Positions 40,537 to 52,935 of a stretch of DNA of 64,000 nucleotides are shown piece by piece (position 1 is the stretch's first letter; the number at the start of each line of letters is the position of its first letter). Both the position numbers and the translations under genes were made by a program. Source of the stretch: Callorhinchus milii (lineage: Eukaryota); the NCBI RefSeq assembly GCF_018977255.1, contig NW_024704749.1, forward strand, positions 24,242,001 through 24,306,000, written 5' to 3'. The notes under the pieces are model-generated. The model searched no databases. It was not told the DNA's origin and saw nothing but the letters and a program-made list of their open reading frames with translations.

Positions 40537-40640
40537 AAGCGGGGGGAGTGGGATTGATTTGGATAGCTCTTTTAAAAGAGACACAGACATGATGGGCCGA
40601 ATGGCCTCCTTCTGTGCTGTATAATTCTATGATTCTATAA
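40537..40640 (+). mobile_element. CR1 LINE extreme 3' end
   Basis: gatgggccgaatggcctccttctgtgctgtataattctatgattctat. Confidence 0.85.
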
Positions 40641-40820
40641 TCATTTTATTTAAAATCTATATTCAAATTTTCCTCAGTTGAAAAGTTCCAATTTGGCTGG
40701 TTTTATACCAGGGCAATGAATCAGTGATTCAAACAATCAATCAATTAATCAATCAATCAATAGTTTCTGCTGCACATAACCCTTTGTTCTCCCATGGACA
40801 TCCCCACACAGACTTTGCAG

Positions 40821-40853
40821 GACTGACATCTAGTGGCCCTAGTTACATTACAG
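40821..40853 (-). promoter_or_regulatory. Candidate CTCF site (core + upstream motif)
   Basis: Minus strand CTGTAATGT-aactag-GGCCACTAGATGTCAGT; one mismatch to the CCACTAGATGGCAG core. Confidence 0.5.
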
Positions 40854-41340
40854 CCAGTTAGTTTACAAGAGTTAGATTTTTCCACAGTTTTTAGTTAACA
40901 TAGTGGTAGCATTATGTATTCCTGGTTGTGTTCACTTAATAACTAGACCAATGGTTCATGTACCTCATTTCATTCCTAACCTTATAGCTGGTGCCAGGGA
41001 GAGGGTGGAAGTACACAGCAAGCCAACGTTAGGTCTTGGGTGTGTGGGGGAGGTGAGCAGAGGTGTAGGAGAAGGGACATTAATAATGAAGCTTATACCC
41101 GGGTGGAATTTCTACTCAATATTATATGAATATGTTTAGAACTCAGCTTTCAAATGTTAATACATTTCTTATTTTGTGACACCCTCTTTGAAGTACAGTA
41201 TTGCAGTGTATTCTGATATTTCGGGTGATTTGCATCTTCCAGTTTGAGGATCTTACTGGTGTTGATCCTCAGCAGCTCAGTCAGTGAACCGTCAAACCGT
41301 GTGACTTGGCATTCACTCACCTGTGCTGTGTGGGTGCATC

Positions 41341-41375
41341 GGCAGTTCCTCATTCTGCCACTGGGTGGAGCACTA
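41341..41375 (+). promoter_or_regulatory. Candidate CTCF site (core + upstream motif)
   Basis: GGCAGTTCC-tcattc-TGCCACTGGGTGGAGCACTA; upstream motif at typical spacing, two core mismatches. Confidence 0.5.
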
Positions 41376-41439
41376 TACAATGCTGAGAAGGGGCAAATAC
41401 CATCTGTGCCAGTCATACAGCAATGTTCCTGCTGGCACC

Positions 41440-41700
41440 GCCGGGCTCAGTCAGCACTCTCACCTCTGAGTCAGATGGTTGTGGGTTCAAGGACCATATC
41501 AGGGACTTTGAGCTCACAGTCTAGGCTGACAGACACTCCAGTGCAGTGCTCAGGGTGCACTGCATTGTTGGAGGTCCGTGCATTGGGTAGGACATTACAC
41601 AGAGGTTCTGCACTATTTGAAAATGGAGCTTCTCTGGTCGAACCAGAGGATAGCTTAACAAATTCAATATTAAACAGACCCTCTTTCTCTTTACCATCAC
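41440..41700 (+). mobile_element. Ancient SacSINE1/Deu-type SINE relic
   Basis: ctctcacctctgagtcagatggttgtgggttcaag...tctaggctgac...ccagtgcagtgctcagggtgcactgcattgttggaggt. Confidence 0.65.
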
Positions 41701-44700
41701 ACTGTCTTTCAGCTGTAAGTAAAGTAAATCCACCAACACTAACAAATCCATGCGAGTGAAAACTTGTGTGACCGCAATGTTCAAATTAAAAGAAAGAATA
41801 ATTGCCTTCAGTAAGCCAAGCTACATTGTGAGTTTATGAATAAACTGTAACCTAGAAGCTATCAAATGCAAGGATTATTATTATGTATATCTAGCCTGCA
41901 AATTATCACACGTGGGAAGAAATAAATTCTAGAATTTCAACAATTTAATATCCACAGCGTGAATTTTAATTAATTATTGTTGTACAATGGCTCAAAAGTT
42001 GCATCGTGCATTTCTGATCTTACGGGAGGGAACAAAAGTGTGAAATTGCGCTGCGGAAAACAGCCCTTTAAAAATCAACCTTTAGCGGCTTTGTTACAAG
42101 AGTAAGGAAATTAGATCATCCTTTCTGTCCCGTTGGGCCAGCTTTGTTAATGTGGTGAGGCAACGCACTTCACCTGAACCTGGCTCAGCATTAAAAAAGA
42201 TTTAATGATGGAAATGATCACTTGCTGGAATTACCTGAGTGATTAGCTCGGATTTCTTCTGAGTCCATCCCTAAGTGCAGGGTGAAGCCCGGCTTGGATT
42301 TGGGAGATAATGATATAATGAGAATACACCAGGGATGTTTGGGTTTGAGTATTAATCTCAGGCCAGGTGATGAATGCGGAAGAGTATACTTTAAGGAAAA
42401 TGCTCGTACTCAACAGCTGCTCAACAACTTTTGGGTGCTTGCCTCGATGTGTAACCATTAAGTCAATTCAGTTTGAAGGTAGTTTTTAATGTATTGCTTT
42501 ATTGTTGGATATGTTCAATTGGTCAACTTACGCTTTGATATTCAAGTTAAGTAGTTGATTGTTTTCAGTGTGTTTTGTGCTCTGTGAGGGAGCCTAATCT
42601 ATTTTAGATCCTATAGTTAATGTGCACAGTGGTCCTTCCATGGCAGCCTTTAGTGAGCGTCCGGCCTATTGCACTACACGTAACCGAGCTATTAGCAGTG
42701 AACGTATCTAGTGCAAGTTCACAGTCAGGTAGAGCATGTTGAGAGAAGTAAGTGAACAATAAACTACAAGAGTAACTAGGACTGGCCCAGCCGTGAGCTA
42801 GGATTTTCTCTCCTAGGATCGCGGTCTTTTCTACACTCTCAAGCTTCACTGATGAGTCTGACAGACTGGCCATCCATCACCAATGCTTGGGAGTACAGCA
42901 GACCTGCCTGGCTTTGCCAGATGTATCTCCTCAGAGTCCGTTCAACCCTAGGGAGACCCAGCTTGCCTTCCTGAAGGATATTGTTTAGAAATGGTACTCA
43001 AAAATTTTTCCATCAACTTTGAAGGTGTGAAGGGCTAAGTGGACCCACCAGGATTTGAACCCAGAAACTTCTGATCCTGAGTCTGGTGGGCGACTGATTG
43101 TGTTCCCCTCATCACACAGTTGGACAGGGGAGGTGAAAGGCTGGGTCTCATCATTTTGCAGGACAAGAAACACACAACAGTTAAAACAGAACCGATTCCC
43201 ACTGTTGCTCTGCTTTTGATCAGTTTGTTTGACAGTCATTTGTGATGATCCTTCAGCTAAACAGGGTGATTGATGCTTTAAGTCTGAGGGTGAAGGAACG
43301 AGTGAAAATATAAAGGGTTGTCATTTTTGGACACTGTTGCAGATTTGGTAATGGCTGTTGCTAAAAACGTACAAAATGAAGAAATATTAATTAATCTTTC
43401 AACTGAACAATTTCACCACAAACTGGAACTTTTGAAAGTTGAGTCTCTCCTTTCTCACAGTTCCTCCGTGTTCCTCTGCGCTGTATCCATTGCTGTCTGT
43501 AGCCACTCTCCTTTGCTCACAGTTCCTCTGCGCTGTAACCATTCCTGTAACCAGCCGGTTGGAAAACAGCCAATCCCTACCCGCTGGTGAGCTCTGTTTT
43601 AGAAAGCAGGGAATAGCTTGGACAGGCGATGTGTGTTTTTGCATTAGCATTTTATATAAAAAATATTTAATGTGCTTGTCCTTCGACCCTCTTCAGTACA
43701 CTTTTTAAGATGCTGTTTAATATTTACCATCTACAAGGATTAGATAAAGGGCATTCAACCATCCATCCATTGAATGGACATCATCCCTGTAGCCATGTGG
43801 CCATATATATTGTATGTGGTGTATATAATACAACAACAACAACAACAAGATTCCATTTATAGAGCGCCTTTCACGTCGGGAGAACGTCCCAATGTGTATA
43901 GTGTTGTGCAATTGGATGTGCAATCCAATATAGATAAGGTTTATAATAAAGAATGTAATCTATGCTTGAGTATGCTTAAAATACATTACTTTAAAAAAAG
44001 ATTGATTTCTGCAAGTTCTTCAAGTGTGTGTTTATGGGAGTAAACAATTGCATAATGTGGGATAGTGGTACCTGTTTGTATTGCACAAACATCAATTAAT
44101 GTAGCGCCGGTGAGGAATATTTATCCGAGTATCATTATCAACAGTTGTCGCTTTGCATTTGTCATGCTTGTACGGATATGTTAAGTGTTCCCTGGTAGTT
44201 GCTAACAAATTCAATCCAATGTACTTTTTTCAGGTTTTGACCAGTATAGTCCCTGAACATATAAATTGTAAGAGGTTGTTCGATTATTATGCACACTTCA
44301 CTCATTTAATTTTACCAGAGTTGTGCTTGTCCATCGGGTATATTCAGACCTGCATCATCTCCTTGATGGTTGTCTAAAGTTCATTACAGTAATTGTCTGT
44401 CAAAATCAGTTGAATTAACAGATTAATGCATTTGACCAGAGCTCACAGTGCAGAGATCCTAGTTTGATCCTGACGTCCCCAGCCTCTGCCTTTGATGTAA
44501 TTATAGATATGCATTCAGGACAATTGAGAGGTTTGCATTTCATTAATGATTTGAGCAGATGTATTAAGCTGTAGCAACCTATCTCCGACTGTTAATTACA
44601 AGAATTCATCTCGCTAATGAACAAAAAGATGTGTTTGCTGTCCTTTGCCAACAAACAAAAGCTATAAACAGTGAAGAAAAATGAGAAGGACAAAAGGCAT

Positions 44701-44841
44701 ACTGTATTACAATAACAACAACAACTTTTATATTTGTATATAATCATTTGTATAGGCACCTTACAAATGTAATCTTGTTGTTATATAGCACCCTTCACGT
44801 GAGGTAGCGTCTCGGAGATATGACCTTTAAAGAGGACCAGT

Positions 44842-45227
44842 GGATTCCTGTAGCTCAGTGATTATAGCACTCGCCTTGCAAGCGAGAAACCTGGGTTAGA
44901 TTCTCGGCAGGGTAAAACGATGGGCAAGTTTCCTAACTACACACACCTCTGTTTACTTAATAGTAAGTAGGAACCCAGTTGTTAGTCGATTGGTGGATCG
45001 TTTTTCTGGGTGTAATAATTCCTTCAAAAAAAAGTAATAAATGGGTCACTCAGTCTACGACTGTTTGTGGGACGCTGCTGTGCGCAATTGGCTGCCATGT
45101 TTCGCACACAAAATAAAGTCACTTTCACTTTTCACAATTCACTTTACAGTATATTCTGTGAAGCGTTTTGAAACGTCTAGAAGACGTGGTAAGGCGCTGT
45201 TTCAAATGCAAGGATTATTATTACTAT
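44842..45227 (+). mobile_element. Full-length tRNA-headed SINE, long subfamily
   Basis: ggattcctgtagctcagtg (A box)...gggttagattc (B box)...body...caaatgcaaggattatta. Confidence 0.88.
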
Positions 45228-45259
45228 GATCTTTCCGAATGCGGATAACATTTCAGAAT

Positions 45260-46262
45260 ATGTGCTCCCCCTTGATGAAATCATCCGCAGACATGGGGTC
45301 AACTTCCATATGTATGCGGATGACACCCAACTCTATCTTTCTGCCTCCACCCTCGACTCCAGGACCCACTGCTGTCCTGACAGACTGTCTGTCGGACATC
45401 AAGTCCTGGATGAGGGCAAACTTCCTACAGTTGAATGTGAACAAGTCTGAGGCCCTCCTGATTGGCTCGCGCCAGCGCCTCCGCACCTCAGGCTCTGGCA
45501 GCATCAACCTCCATGGTTGCACGCTACAGCTCACCAGCCAGTCAGGAACCTGGGGGTCTTGTTCGACCCTCAACTGTCTTTTCTCCCCCACATTCAAGCC
45601 ATGACCTGCTCTGCCTTCCCTCATCTCTGTAACATCGTCCAACTCCGCCACTACCTCACCCCTCAGGCGCTGAAACTCTTGTTCATGCCTTCATCACCTC
45701 CAGGCTCGACTATGCAAACTCCCTGTTTGTCGGCCTTCCCAACTCCTCCCCCCACAGCTGCAGATAATCCAGAACTCTGCAGCCCGTGTCCTTTCCCGCC
45801 CCAAACTCTGTGACCCCATCTCCCCCACTCTCGCCCGACTCCACTGGCTCCCTGTCCTTCAGAGGATCCAGTTCAAGATCCTGGGCCTCACCTACAAAGC
45901 CCTCAATGGTGTCGCCCCACCCTATCTCTGTGATCTCCTAACCACCTAGCAACCTGCTCCCTCCGCTCAGCCGGCTCTGGCCTGCTCCACATCCCCCAAT
46001 CCACCCGCCCCACCATTGGCGGGAGAGCCTTCAGCCACTCTGCCTCCAACCTCTGGAATTCCAGCCCCCAGTCACTCTGCCTCGCCCCCTCCTTAGCCTC
46101 CTTCACGTCCTGCTTCAAGATCCTCCTCTTCGACCAGGCCATCGGCCACCTCCCTTCTCCCCCCTGACCCCAGCTCGGGTCTGAAACGCTGTATACTGTC
46201 CAATGCCTTGGGATGTCCTTCCGATATGAAAGGCGCTAAACAAATGTAATCTTGTTGTTGTA
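45260..46262 (+). mobile_element. L2 LINE 3' ~1 kb (YADD to tail)
   Basis: [34 protein letters not shown]; tail gaaaggcgctaaacaaatgtaatcttgttgttg; frameshifted. Confidence 0.92.
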
Positions 46263-49187
46263 ATAATTTGATAACAGCACCTTTCCCATCAGGAGGACCT
46301 CTCAAAACGCTTCAGGGATATTCTGTAAAGTGTAGTAACTGCGTGTTTTGAACGAACAAGTAGAAACCGTTTGGTTAGCATGAAAAGGCACCACTCACAG
46401 TAGAGGCCATTCAACCCATACGGACGATTGCTGGTGCTTGCTTCTCCATTGGAAACCGTCATGGGTGAAAGAGGCTCAGTGTGGACACTGACTGAGAGAA
46501 AGGAGCTCAATAAGAAACACATTGTGTTATCTCTGTCAGAGAGTAAAGTCATTTTCTTCATAGATTCCACGTTTGCGGTTGGAGACTTTCTCCCTCCAAT
46601 CTCAGCAATAAACTCAGTGGCAGTGATTGTGAGATGTTTTCTATTGATAACTAACAGGTAAATCTTGTGACTGCACCCTCGCTAACCAAGTCACTGATTC
46701 CTTTTTAGTATATCCCTCATCTCAACTGCCTTTAAACATTTACCTGAGTCTTGTGGTACCTGTTCTCACTTGTTAAACTATAGAGGCTAACGGTGTGGAA
46801 GGGAACCAGTTCAGTGCAAGGGTGGGATGATCTAGCACAGAGTTTAGTGTGGAGAGAGAGTTGCCATTTCCTGGCACACAACGGAACTTGCACCAGCTGT
46901 GAGCGTCTGGTGCCATATCCTTAGGGTGGCTGAAACCTTACACCAGCCAGAGAACGTGCGAGTGTGACTGCTGCACTGTGCGAAATCACAATGTCTATTC
47001 TTGATGTCAAATCCAGACACTCTTCTCCCAAACTCTTCAACCTTTGTTATTTAAAGATGTGGAATTACATCTGCAGAATGTAAAGGGTTCATTAGTTGTC
47101 AGAGGATAAGCCTGCATCAAATGCTATTTTTGTGGCTCTCTATTCTGGAATATAGGCTGACATTCTGCTTATTTTTTTCCAAGGGTCTGATAAACAATTA
47201 TGTAAATCTTGCTTGCAATACACTGAAAGCTACAAGAAGCATTCCTTAATCAAAAGAAGTGAAGCTCTCGCCCTCGCCTCACAAGTGACTCAGTCCTAAT
47301 GTGCGTCAGCCATTTCAGGGTGGTTCAGCACCACTCTTTGTTCTCAACTAATTTCCTTAAAAATGTGTGTGTAGTGGAGTCAACCTTCACCGCAACTGCT
47401 GCAGCTTTTAACACGGGTGACTATTTGTCTTTGAGTCCTAAGCGACGGTCCCAATAATGAGCTGCGTCTGCTGCTGGAGCTGAAACAGTTAAAGGGGCTC
47501 TTTTTGTCTTTGAGTTTGCTTTGTGGTCAGGTGCTCAGGTGTCGGAGCCACCCTCAACAACCATGTCAGGCACAGAGGAGTCAGCTCAGCTGTTCTTGCA
47601 CGGTAGAGATTACAGCATTTAGTCATTAACTGGAGTAAGCTGCAGCTGATGCCAGAGTCTAACCCTTTACACCTAATTAGCCTCATTAATGAGTCTTTCC
47701 CCCCCTCCACAGGGAGGCTTCTTCCATGGGACACAAGGAGCGGAAAAATATATACCTCATCCAGGTAAATCTGCCTAACCCTTTAATTAATGTCTCCACC
47801 TGCCTCGCCTGCGCAGTGACATTCATTGTGTGAGGAAGTGCTGAGTAGGAAACCAACACCACACACGGTTGCCAGGAGCTGGTTTTCTGGCTTTGAATCC
47901 AGAACTTCACTGTTCTGTCATTGGTTGCTTGCCTTTAACCCCTTTAAACATCAAATTACTATTAAACCATTCAAGCATGGCTTTGCTTCATCTTTCCTTC
48001 TAAGCAGCACTTCAGAAAGTTGGGCAGAGAATAGAGAACAACTACAACAAAACCCAGTAGTGATTACCAGGCCGTCAGCTTGGTTCAGGGCTCAGGTGAC
48101 ACCATGAACATTGGAACATAGGAACAGGAGTAGGCCATTCAGCCCTTCAAGTCTGTTCCGCCATTCTGTAGCTCAACTCCAATTACCTGCCCTTACCTCA
48201 TATCCCTTGATACCCTACCTAACAGAAATCTATCCTCCGCAATCTGTTACCTGAGCCCTTAGGGTATACATGCCCCGCACCGCACACTTCCTTTCCCTTC
48301 CACTGGGTTTGGTCACAATTGGTCAAGAACCACTATATGAGCTTCTGTCAACGAGAGAAGAGTAACCGGAGGAGTTATCACAAGTTACTGAGCAGTTATT
48401 TGTTATCCAGAGTAAACCCCTCGCCTCCAGTCAGCGAGCTGGTACATTTACAGACCATTAATTTTCACACTTTATTTGATGAATAGGAATCACAAGAGGA
48501 AAAACAAGTTCAGATGAGTTGTAACTGTGGACATGTCACCAACTCTTGTAAAAAGTTGATGTTTTTCCCCCAGCCGAGATCTCAGTGTCTGTACATGCAA
48601 ATGCCCTCGTAAATACCGGGTGCTAATCAAATCCAAATATCACTGCAATTGAGAGAAGACATTAGGCCCTCTCCAGCTTTCGCTGCAGCTTGTTCTTCTG
48701 CAGTCCTCACATTCACTGCATTGATTTGAAACACTTGGATCAAGTCACTTATAACACGGAGCACAAACTGTGGCTGGTTAGCTTCCACCCCCACCAGAAG
48801 GGAAAGCTACTTCGTAACCAAGATTCACAGCACAGGCAGAGGGAGGGCTTGTGGCTCCAAACCAGGGCAGCCGTTCGTTTGTGAAATGGAAAGAGAAATA
48901 GCGAGATGCAGGTAGGCCTGGAGGGCCAGCGGAATTGGCACAGACTGCGGCCTCGTGAATCGCTGCCCATCTGCTGACTGTCAGAGCACGTTAGCAGCAC
49001 ATTTGGATCTGTGCCCTGGAGTTTCAGCTCTGAGCCAGTCACGTGAGAGTCACCACAACAACTCAACGAGACCTGTAAACTGCTGCTCGCGGAGCCAGAT
49101 GCTCCAGTGGTCCTCACGACCCAATTCCGTGTGGTTATCAGGTTTGCTGCCCCCCACACGAAGGTTCAACCATTTACTGTCTTCTTT

Positions 49188-49289
49188 CTTTAAGTATCTG
49201 CTCGTGCTTTTACTTCCATTTGCTACCATTTTGCCTCGCGAGGCAAAATGGTAGCAAATGGAAGTAAAGGCGCAAGCAGATATTTAAAG
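49188..49289. repeat. Spacer-less palindrome (~102 bp; inner 60 bp perfect)
   Basis: tttacttccatttgctaccattttgcctcg|cgaggcaaaatggtagcaaatggaagtaaa, centre 49238/49239. Confidence 0.95.
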
Positions 49290-49599
49290 CCAGAGATTGT
49301 TTTGTGTCTGTTTTGACGATCAGAGCACAAATCTCTTTAGCGCTACCCCCACGTGAAGGCTGCAATTTAAACATAAGTTGTTTGTTGTTGTCGGGGGACA
49401 CGGTTGGCCAGAAAGAACCAAAACCCAGAAAAGTTCCAAGGGCTAAAAATCCTCCGCTATAAATCTCTCCCTTGCCTCTCGATCAATTTCTTTGGCACCT
49501 AGGTCATTGAAATGAAGTTTGAATGAAAGGTAAAGTAGCTTCCGTATTTCACAATCCTGCAAAATAACAGCAAGTGATAGCGTTGGCATTAGAATAAAC

Positions 49600-49947
49600 A
49601 GTAATGATAATAATCCGTGCATTTGATACGCCGTTGAGACATTTTAAAGCGCTTCGCAGGATGTACTGTAAAGTGTATCGACTTGAGTATTTTGTGGGTG
49701 AAACGTGGCAGACAATTGTGCACAGAGGTGTCCCACAAACAATTGTGGATTGAGTGATCAAATTATAATTTTTTTTAGAGGGATTATTAGCCCTCCAAAA
49801 GCGATCCGACAATCGACCGACAAACAACCAGGTTCCTGCTTACTGTTAGCTAAGCAGAGGCGTGTGGAGTAAGGAAACTTGCCTAAGGTTTCACCCTGCC
49901 CAGGAATCAAACCCGAGTCCTCTCTCTTGCGAGGTGAGTGCACGAGG
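49600..49947 (-). mobile_element. Full-length SINE, long subfamily
   Basis: Tail at left; tRNA head (caggaatcaaaccc...tgcactacacaacagaactcc-like) at right. Confidence 0.85.
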
Positions 49948-50216
49948 CACTACACAACAGAACTCCACGCTGTCAGAGATGCACTTCACCTCCATCTATT
50001 CATGTTAAAACATGATGCCAAACATGGTGACTAATCTTTATCTTTAATATTGTATTTGATATAGCGCCTTCACGTCAGGATGATGTCTCAAAGCGCTTCG
50101 CAGGATGCACTGTAAAGTGTAGTGACTGTTTGTTGAGTGGGTGAGAGTGGGTTCAATTGAACCGAACAAACTACTGTATCAAAAGAAAGGATTTTTATTT
50201 TGTTTATTATGTTCTT

Positions 50217-50354
50217 CTGCGTGAACACCTGAAATTTGGGCCAGTGATCTGTGTAAATTTTGCTGCGTGAACACCTGAAATTTGGGCCAGTGATCTGTGT
50301 AAATTTTGCTGCGTGAACACCTGAAATTTGGGCCAGTGATCTGTGTAAATTTTG
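50217..50354. repeat. Perfect tandem repeat, 3 x 46 bp
   Basis: ctgcgtgaacacctgaaatttgggccagtgatctgtgtaaattttg starting at 50217, 50263 and 50309. Confidence 0.97.
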
Positions 50355-51099
50355 GGGTTAAATTGTGTAATGTTTACAGTGTTAGAAATGCATCAGAAGA
50401 TAACTCACGACACCTTTTCCACTTTAGCACAAAGTCACTTCCAACTTGATTACTGAACCTGTCTGGTTTTCTTCGCACATTGTTCTTAAAACAGAACTCG
50501 ACAGCAGAGCTGGGTCTTGTGATCTCATGATGGTTTGTCATTTCCTTAATTATGGCTCTCGTTCTCTTGTTGATTGGAGGTGTGAACGCTCTCCTGCTCA
50601 CCTGACCTGACCCCTATGTACAGTGTGTGGGGCGGCAACACTGAGCCACTGCCTACCCTCACCTTTTGTTGTTTTTGTTGTTTGAAGTTAGTTACAGCTG
50701 TTAGTTCAATTGAATATTTTCTGCACTTTTTAATTTTATCGGTAAACTACAAATAATACCAAAATAGTTTAAAAAATGCAGGCAAAATAGTCTCAGCCGA
50801 TTAGTCCATGGAAATGGAGGTGCTTTAACCATCATAACTCTAGAATGTTTTCAACCAATGATCAGGTGGAAGCTAACTATTTTTATTTGGGAAAGTTCTG
50901 CTTAAATTCTAAACGAATGTCAATGTGAATTCTTTGTCAAGAAGGTGTAAGGTTATCCATTAGGTGGGGATGAGTTTGAATATCAGAATAAGGAGGCTAA
51001 TACAGTTGTGTCAGTCCAATTTTAAATGGATATGCTGTGTAATTGGCAACCAATGATGAGCCACTGTGCTTAACATTCAAATCCTATGATTGTTTGCAG

Positions 51100-51201
51100 G
51101 AGGAACCAATAACTTTTTGTGAAGACATTTTTGTTTCACATCGTTCCAGTGCCATGAGGCAGTTCCTGCAGAATGCCATTCAGCTACAGCTTTTTAAACA
51201 G
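51100..51201 (+). CDS. DENND1A: DENND1A exon: EEPITFCEDIFVSHRSSAMRQFLQNAIQLQLFKQ
   Basis: ttgcAG acceptor, GTAAGC donor, 102 nt, phase 0/0. Confidence 0.95.
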
Positions 51202-52102
51202 GTAAGCGATTGATTTACTGTGTTTTTTGGCATACCACCCTGCCTACACTGCATTCCTGACTCCTGCTGGATTGAGCTAGCTCCCCTCAGTCCAATAGCC
51301 TACCCAACAGTCACTGTCAAAGATCTTGTGAAACACGGCCCCTTGAGCGAGTTGCCTCTGGCCCGTAACCCAGAGGAAGGAAACTGAAGGCAAATGGCGT
51401 CAGGAGACACAGAGGGAAGAACACTGAAGAAGAGCAATGGGGGAGGAGAGCCATGCTGGACAGGTGTTAGCTTGAAAGCAAGTACTCTTCATCATCATGT
51501 TCCAAATGCTCTGTCTCCTTCCTGTCAAGTAGTGTGGCAAAACCCAACCATACTAAAAGTGCTGCCTGGTGGAGACTGCAGTGAAACATTCCTTCCACGT
51601 TGCTTATCTATTTAACAATAGATTTGAAAAGTTTGAACTCTTTGAAATTACAGAGTTTTAAAAGCTGAGAGAGCTGTAAGTTAAAAGAGCCGTGTATGAG
51701 TTGGAGGTTAAGAGAGCCGTGTGTGAGTTAGAGGTTACTTGCAGCACAACACATTACGGTGAGCAGGTTTGGTGTGAACAGCTGGGCAATATCCAGATTG
51801 TTGGAAACCAGACTTGTTCTCCATTACACTCATAAAGAAGGTGATGATTTCTTAATGAGATCAGCTTCCTATTGTTTCTTGCCTCAGCTATGAAACAAAT
51901 TAATAGAATGTACCATGCACATTGGTGGTCGTCACTCCTCCCCTCGTAAACCACCTCTCACAGTGTAGTAATCTCCCGTCTGTATTGCTTTATCTCAATA
52001 GTCTAACATGAAGTTGATACTAGCTCAGTGAAGCCACAGAGATGTCTTAAACATGAGTTCATTTCTCTGATTTTGAGTTTATAAAACTGCCTATTAACTG
52101 GA

Positions 52103-52485
52103 CTGGGGGATGGAATTCCAGAGGTTGGGGGCAGAGTGGCTGAAGCCTCTCCCGCCAATGGTGGGGCGGGTGGGTTGGGGGACGTGGAGCAGCCAGAGCG
52201 GCTGAGCGGAGGGAACGGGCGGGTTGGTAGGGGGTTAGTAGGTGGTAGAGGTAGGGTGGGGCGAGGCCATGGAGGGCTTTGTAGGTGAGGACCAGGATCT
52301 GAAGGATAGGGAGCCAGTGGAGTCGGGCGAGAGTGGGGGAGATGGGGTCACGGAGTTTGGTGCGGGAGAGGCCACAGGCTGCAGAGCTCTGAATTATCTG
52401 CAGCCTGTGGAGGAAGGAGTTGGGAAGGCCGACAAGCAGGGCATTTGCGTAGTCGAGCCTGGAGGCGATGAAGGTATGAACAAGG
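52103..52485 (-). mobile_element. L2 LINE ORF2 C-terminal fragment
   Basis: LVHTFIASRLDYANALLVGLP...LQIIQSSAA...LHWLP...YKALHGLAPPYL. Confidence 0.9.
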
Positions 52486-52844
52486 TATAATTCATTGCAT
52501 TCAATCAATGTCTGGCTATGATCTAATGGCATCCCGCTCCCCTGATAATAAGCTTGGTGTAGTTCTGAGCAATGAAATGGGTTACAGCTCACCTCTTTGG
52601 GCCCGTCAAGTCAATGATAAAAATATAGCATTTAGAGTAGTGGTTTGTCCTTCATTCATTCAGTGATGTTCAAGCCTTGGGTTCTATTAATCATCTCAAA
52701 TGTATCAGCAGTGTTATAACAGGGCTCAAGTGGTGTTCATACAATGATGTGCTTGCCCTGTGCTGGTGCCAGGGCGGTTTAATAGCTCACCCGGACCGAC
52801 CCTCTTTTCTATTTATTCTTAACAAAAATGCTTTTGTTTTCCAG

Positions 52845-52935
52845 TTCATTGATGGGCGACTAGATCTCTTGAATTCAGGAAAAGGGTTCAGTGATGAGTT
52901 TGAAGAAGAGATAAACAATAGTGAATATGCAGGTG
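52845..52935 (+). CDS. DENND1A: DENND1A exon: FIDGRLDLLNSGKGFSDEFEEEINNSEYAG(G); includes FxDxF motif FSDEF
   Basis: ttccAG acceptor; strong GTAAGG donor after 52935 (weaker tandem GT after 52932); phase 0/1. FxDxF is the known AP-2 alpha-ear motif of connecdenns. Confidence 0.93.

Noticed and set aside
41244-41759. 171-aa ORF
   Set aside because: Non-ATG start, overlaps an old SINE relic, no recognisable domain.
50217-50354. CRISPR-like array
   Set aside because: Units are contiguous with no unique spacers, there are no cas genes, and the context is a vertebrate intron.
51685-51737. Short 2-copy direct repeat (agagccgtgt.tgagtt.gaggtta); similar small duplication at ~43455-43545
   Set aside because: Ordinary small slippage duplications with no further structure.
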